10,071 nucleotides of DNA from Fidelibacterota bacterium (GTDB taxonomy: Bacteria; Fidelibacterota; Marinisomatia; Marinisomatales; TCS55), in the NCBI GenBank assembly GCA_027251445.1, contig JAPNQO010000077.1:1-10071 (forward strand). The letters run 5' to 3'. Each line of letters starts with the position of its first letter. Within the stretch, counting starts at the first letter, position 1. Positions 7,360 through 10,071 of the stretch are shown here, in pieces. The notes beneath the pieces were generated by a model. That model saw only the letters and a program-made list of their open reading frames with translations. It ran no database searches and was not told the DNA's origin. Position numbers and translations under genes: made by a program.

Positions 7360-10071
7360 ATGTCAAAAAAGTTAGAAATTGTATACATCATCTTAATTTT
7401 ATGTATATCAATAGATGCAAAAAATTCCCAAGATTATGAATTTGTCCCCAATGAATTCATAATCAAATTATCACCAGAAACAAAAATTATTTTACCTAAC
7501 TCTTTATCTACAGGTATAATAGAAATTGATCGTGTTTTGTCAAAAATATCTGTTGATGATATTAGCCCTGTAGTTCCTTATAAAAAAAATCTAGATCCTA
7601 GGCTCCCCGATATTAATAGGATATATAGAATTCGATATTCTGATAATCTTTCTCCAGATAAAGTGGCTGAAGAATTTAACAATTTAAATAATGTAATATA
7701 TTCTGAGCCCAGATATATCCAATATGAAACAACAGTTCCAAATGACCCTTATTATTCTAACCAATGGCATCTTCCGGTAATTGATGCAAGCCAAGCATGG
7801 AACATAACAACAGGTGATACCAATGTAATTATCGCAATTGTAGATGATGCTGTTGATTTAGATCATGAAGACTTGGCGGATAATATTTTCACAAATTGGA
7901 TTGAATATCATGGAACAGATGGGATTGACGATGATTTTAATGGTTATGTTGATGATGTACATGGATGGGACTTTGCAGAAAACAATAATGATCCTAATCC
8001 GGCAATAGGGAGCCAAGATCACGGAACGCACGTTGCAGGCTGTGCTTCAGTGGTCACAGATAATGGCATTGGCGTTGCTGCGCCTGGATGGAAGTGTAAG
8101 ATTTTACCATTAAAATTCTCAAATGATAATAATGGTTCTTTATCAGGGGATGCAGCAGCTGCTATTATTTATGCTGCGGATATGGGAGCAGCATTGACTA
8201 ATAATAGCTATGGCGGCGGCGGATTTAGTAATTACTTCCTTGATGCCTTCCTTTATGCATATGAGCTAGGAACCTTATCTATTACCAGCGCAGGGAATAG
8301 CGATGAAAATGAATCATTTTATCCAGCTTCGTATCATAAGGTATTAAGCGTTGCTTCAACAGCATCAGGAGATTACAAATCAGGTTTTTCAACATATCAT
8401 TTATCAGTAGATATATCATCCCCTGGATCTGGCATACTCTCATCTGTCCCAGATAATGACTACGCATCATTTTCCGGGACTTCAATGGCCTCTCCAGTAG
8501 CCGCTGGGATAGCAGGCTTGATAAAATCACAGTACCCAGATCTAACCCCCAGCGAATTAGCAATTAGACTTTCTGCAACAGCTGATAATATATATGATAT
8601 TAACCCTGAATATTATTTGTTATTAGGAAGTGGTCGCGTAAATGCCAATAATGCTGTAACCTATAGTAATAATCAGTTTAATACGATTCCTGTACGCATG
8701 GGTCTAGCAAATTTCTCAGCAACTGATTTATTGCATGGCAATGGGGATTCAGCATTTGATCCTGGGGAAACTATTGATATGGACATTTCTTTGTATAATT
8801 ACTCTATCATGGGTTCTGAAAATGTAAATGTGTATTTAACAAGCGCTGACTCTAGAATTAATATTATTGAAGGGACGATACTAAACCTTAATGTTCTCCC
8901 AGAAGATACACTTATTTTGGATCAAGCTTTTTCATTATCTATTAATGATTCTGCAGATGTAGGGATATGTGTTTTTAATATTTCAATTCAACAAGGCGGT
9001 CAAAACCTTAACTCTTTTGAGCTTTCAATTAATATTGGTAAAACACCTATACTAATTGTTGATGATGATGGAGGCGGATCAACTGACAAGTTTTATACTA
9101 CTATATTGGACAGCATGGGCGTTCCTTATTCCTTATGGGATAGAATGAATGGTCCACTATCTTATCAAATGGTACAAAATAGTCCAATCTTAATTTGGTT
9201 CACTGAATGGTCGTTCCCAACTCTAGATTATGATGATCGTGAAGTCATTATGGAATATCTTGATAATGGAGGAAATTTATATGTGTCTGGTCAGGATTTG
9301 GGTTGGGAGTTAAATGAATACCCAGGAGACTCATCTCAAACCGCATTTTTCTATAACTATTTACATGCTGATTGGGGAGGAGATGATGCGGGAGCTTCAT
9401 CAGCCCAAGGTGTGCCAGGGAATTCTATATCTGATGGAATGAGCTTTGATATTTACCAGCCTGGATATCCATCTGCTAATCAGTATCCAGATTATTTTAC
9501 CCCTCATGAAGATGCTGATTTGATATTCAAATATAGTAATGAATTAAATATGGGTTTGAGCTATAAAGGTGATTATAGATTGGTATACACGGGAACAGGG
9601 CTTGAAACTTTTGGAAGCAATTCAAGCTCGACAGCTCCAAACGATATTAATGAAACCCAAACCTTATTTATGGAAAGAGCTCTCAACTATTTAAACTTTA
9701 TTAACCACACCCCTTTAGTTGATAACGAAGATTCAACATCGAGCATTAACTTTCATGTGAATATTTTTAATGATGGCGCTGATTTTAGCGTACCCTTCTT
9801 ATATTATAGATTGAATGGCGGTGAATTCAATATGGTAGAAATGCACGATACAACTGAGGGGTTTTATTATACTGTGCCTCCTCCAAATGAATCTGTATTG
9901 GTTGAGTATTATTTCTCTGTTAACAATAATTATTACAATTGGACAAACCCAATTAATACAGATGAAGTATTCCAGTTTAGTATTGGTAGAGATATGATAG
10001 TTCCTGATGTATATGATTTAGCACCACTGCCAAATCTTATTGACCGCTCTGGCGTTGCGAATGTTTCAGTG
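7360..10071 (+). CDS. Secreted multi-domain S8 family (subtilisin-like) serine peptidase, 3'-truncated by window end
   Basis: Manual translation of frame +1 from ATG 7360 shows no stop to the window end (904 codons). Signal-like N-terminus MSKKLEIVYIILILCISIDA; prodomain (FVPNEFIIKL...YSEPRY); PNDPYYSNQWHL; triad D162 (IAIVDDAVDLDHEDL), H221 (DHGTHVAG), S375 (GTSMASP); oxyanion N313 (TSAGN); GSGRVNA domain end; followed by more than 450 aa of accessory domains. Absent from the ORF track because it has no stop in the window. Confidence 0.95.
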   Translation, partial: MSKKLEIVYIILILCISIDAKNSQDYEFVPNEFIIKLSPETKIILPNSLSTGIIEIDRVLSKISVDDISPVVPYKKNLDPRLPDINRIYRIRYSDNLSPDKVAEEFNNLNNVIYSEPRYIQYETTVPNDPYYSNQWHLPVIDASQAWNITTGDTNVIIAIVDDAVDLDHEDLADNIFTNWIEYHGTDGIDDDFNGYVDDVHGWDFAENNNDPNPAIGSQDHGTHVAGCASVVTDNGIGVAAPGWKCKILPLKFSNDNNGSLSGDAAAAIIYAADMGAALTNNSYGGGGFSNYFLDAFLYAYELGTLSITSAGNSDENESFYPASYHKVLSVASTASGDYKSGFSTYHLSVDISSPGSGILSSVPDNDYASFSGTSMASPVAAGIAGLIKSQYPDLTPSELAIRLSATADNIYDINPEYYLLLGSGRVNANNAVTYSNNQFNTIPVRMGLANFSATDLLHGNGDSAFDPGETIDMDISLYNYSIMGSENVNVYLTSADSRINIIEGTILNLNVLPEDTLILDQAFSLSINDSADVGICVFNISIQQGGQNLNSFELSINIGKTPILIVDDDGGGSTDKFYTTILDSMGVPYSLWDRMNGPLSYQMVQNSPILIWFTEWSFPTLDYDDREVIMEYLDNGGNLYVSGQDLGWELNEYPGDSSQTAFFYNYLHADWGGDDAGASSAQGVPGNSISDGMSFDIYQPGYPSANQYPDYFTPHEDADLIFKYSNELNMGLSYKGDYRLVYTGTGLETFGSNSSSTAPNDINETQTLFMERALNYLNFINHTPLVDNEDSTSSINFHVNIFNDGADFSVPFLYYRLNGGEFNMVEMHDTTEGFYYTVPPPNESVLVEYYFSVNNNYYNWTNPINTDEVFQFSIGRDMIVPDVYDLAPLPNLIDRSGVANVSV

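Noticed and set aside
7338..7439. Short + strand ORF from ATG 7338 (MTMGRIANVKK..., 33 aa) overlapping the S8 start in another frame
   Set aside because: No SD, no motif, and its sequence is explained by the SD and signal peptide of the S8 gene; no evidence for a leader peptide.
8282..8563. 93 aa - strand ORF from the track
   Set aside because: Antisense to the catalytic core (AGN to GTSMA) of the real S8 gene on frame +1.
1..10071. CRISPR array, tRNA/rRNA, riboswitch, IS or prophage element, recoding
   Set aside because: Non-coding space totals about 160 bp with no repeats or stable hairpins seen; all CDSs are intact in the standard code with no integrase, transposase or in-frame stop.

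Overview
AT-rich, very densely packed bacterial chromosomal window with seven protein-coding regions and no RNA gene, CRISPR array, mobile element or long repeat that I can support. In order: the 3' end of a probable GH3 glycosidase (1-76, +), a compact MltB-like lytic transglycosylase (83-898, +), a convergent M28 peptidase with PA and PDZ domains (899-2713, -), then a divergent co-directional run apaG (2813-3196), pyk (3201-4613), ppdK (4632-7325) and a large secreted multi-domain S8 subtilase (7360 to beyond the window end, at least 904 codons). The ORF track misses both the S8 gene and the GH3 fragment. This looks like core or semi-core genome rather than an island. The best candidate for something undescribed is the apparent apaG-pyk-ppdK operon, which joins the two PEP/pyruvate interconverting kinases to the poorly understood ApaG; any functional link is inference. 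Gene content and packing are compatible with a streamlined low-GC FCB-group organism such as Marinimicrobia, but that is unverified.
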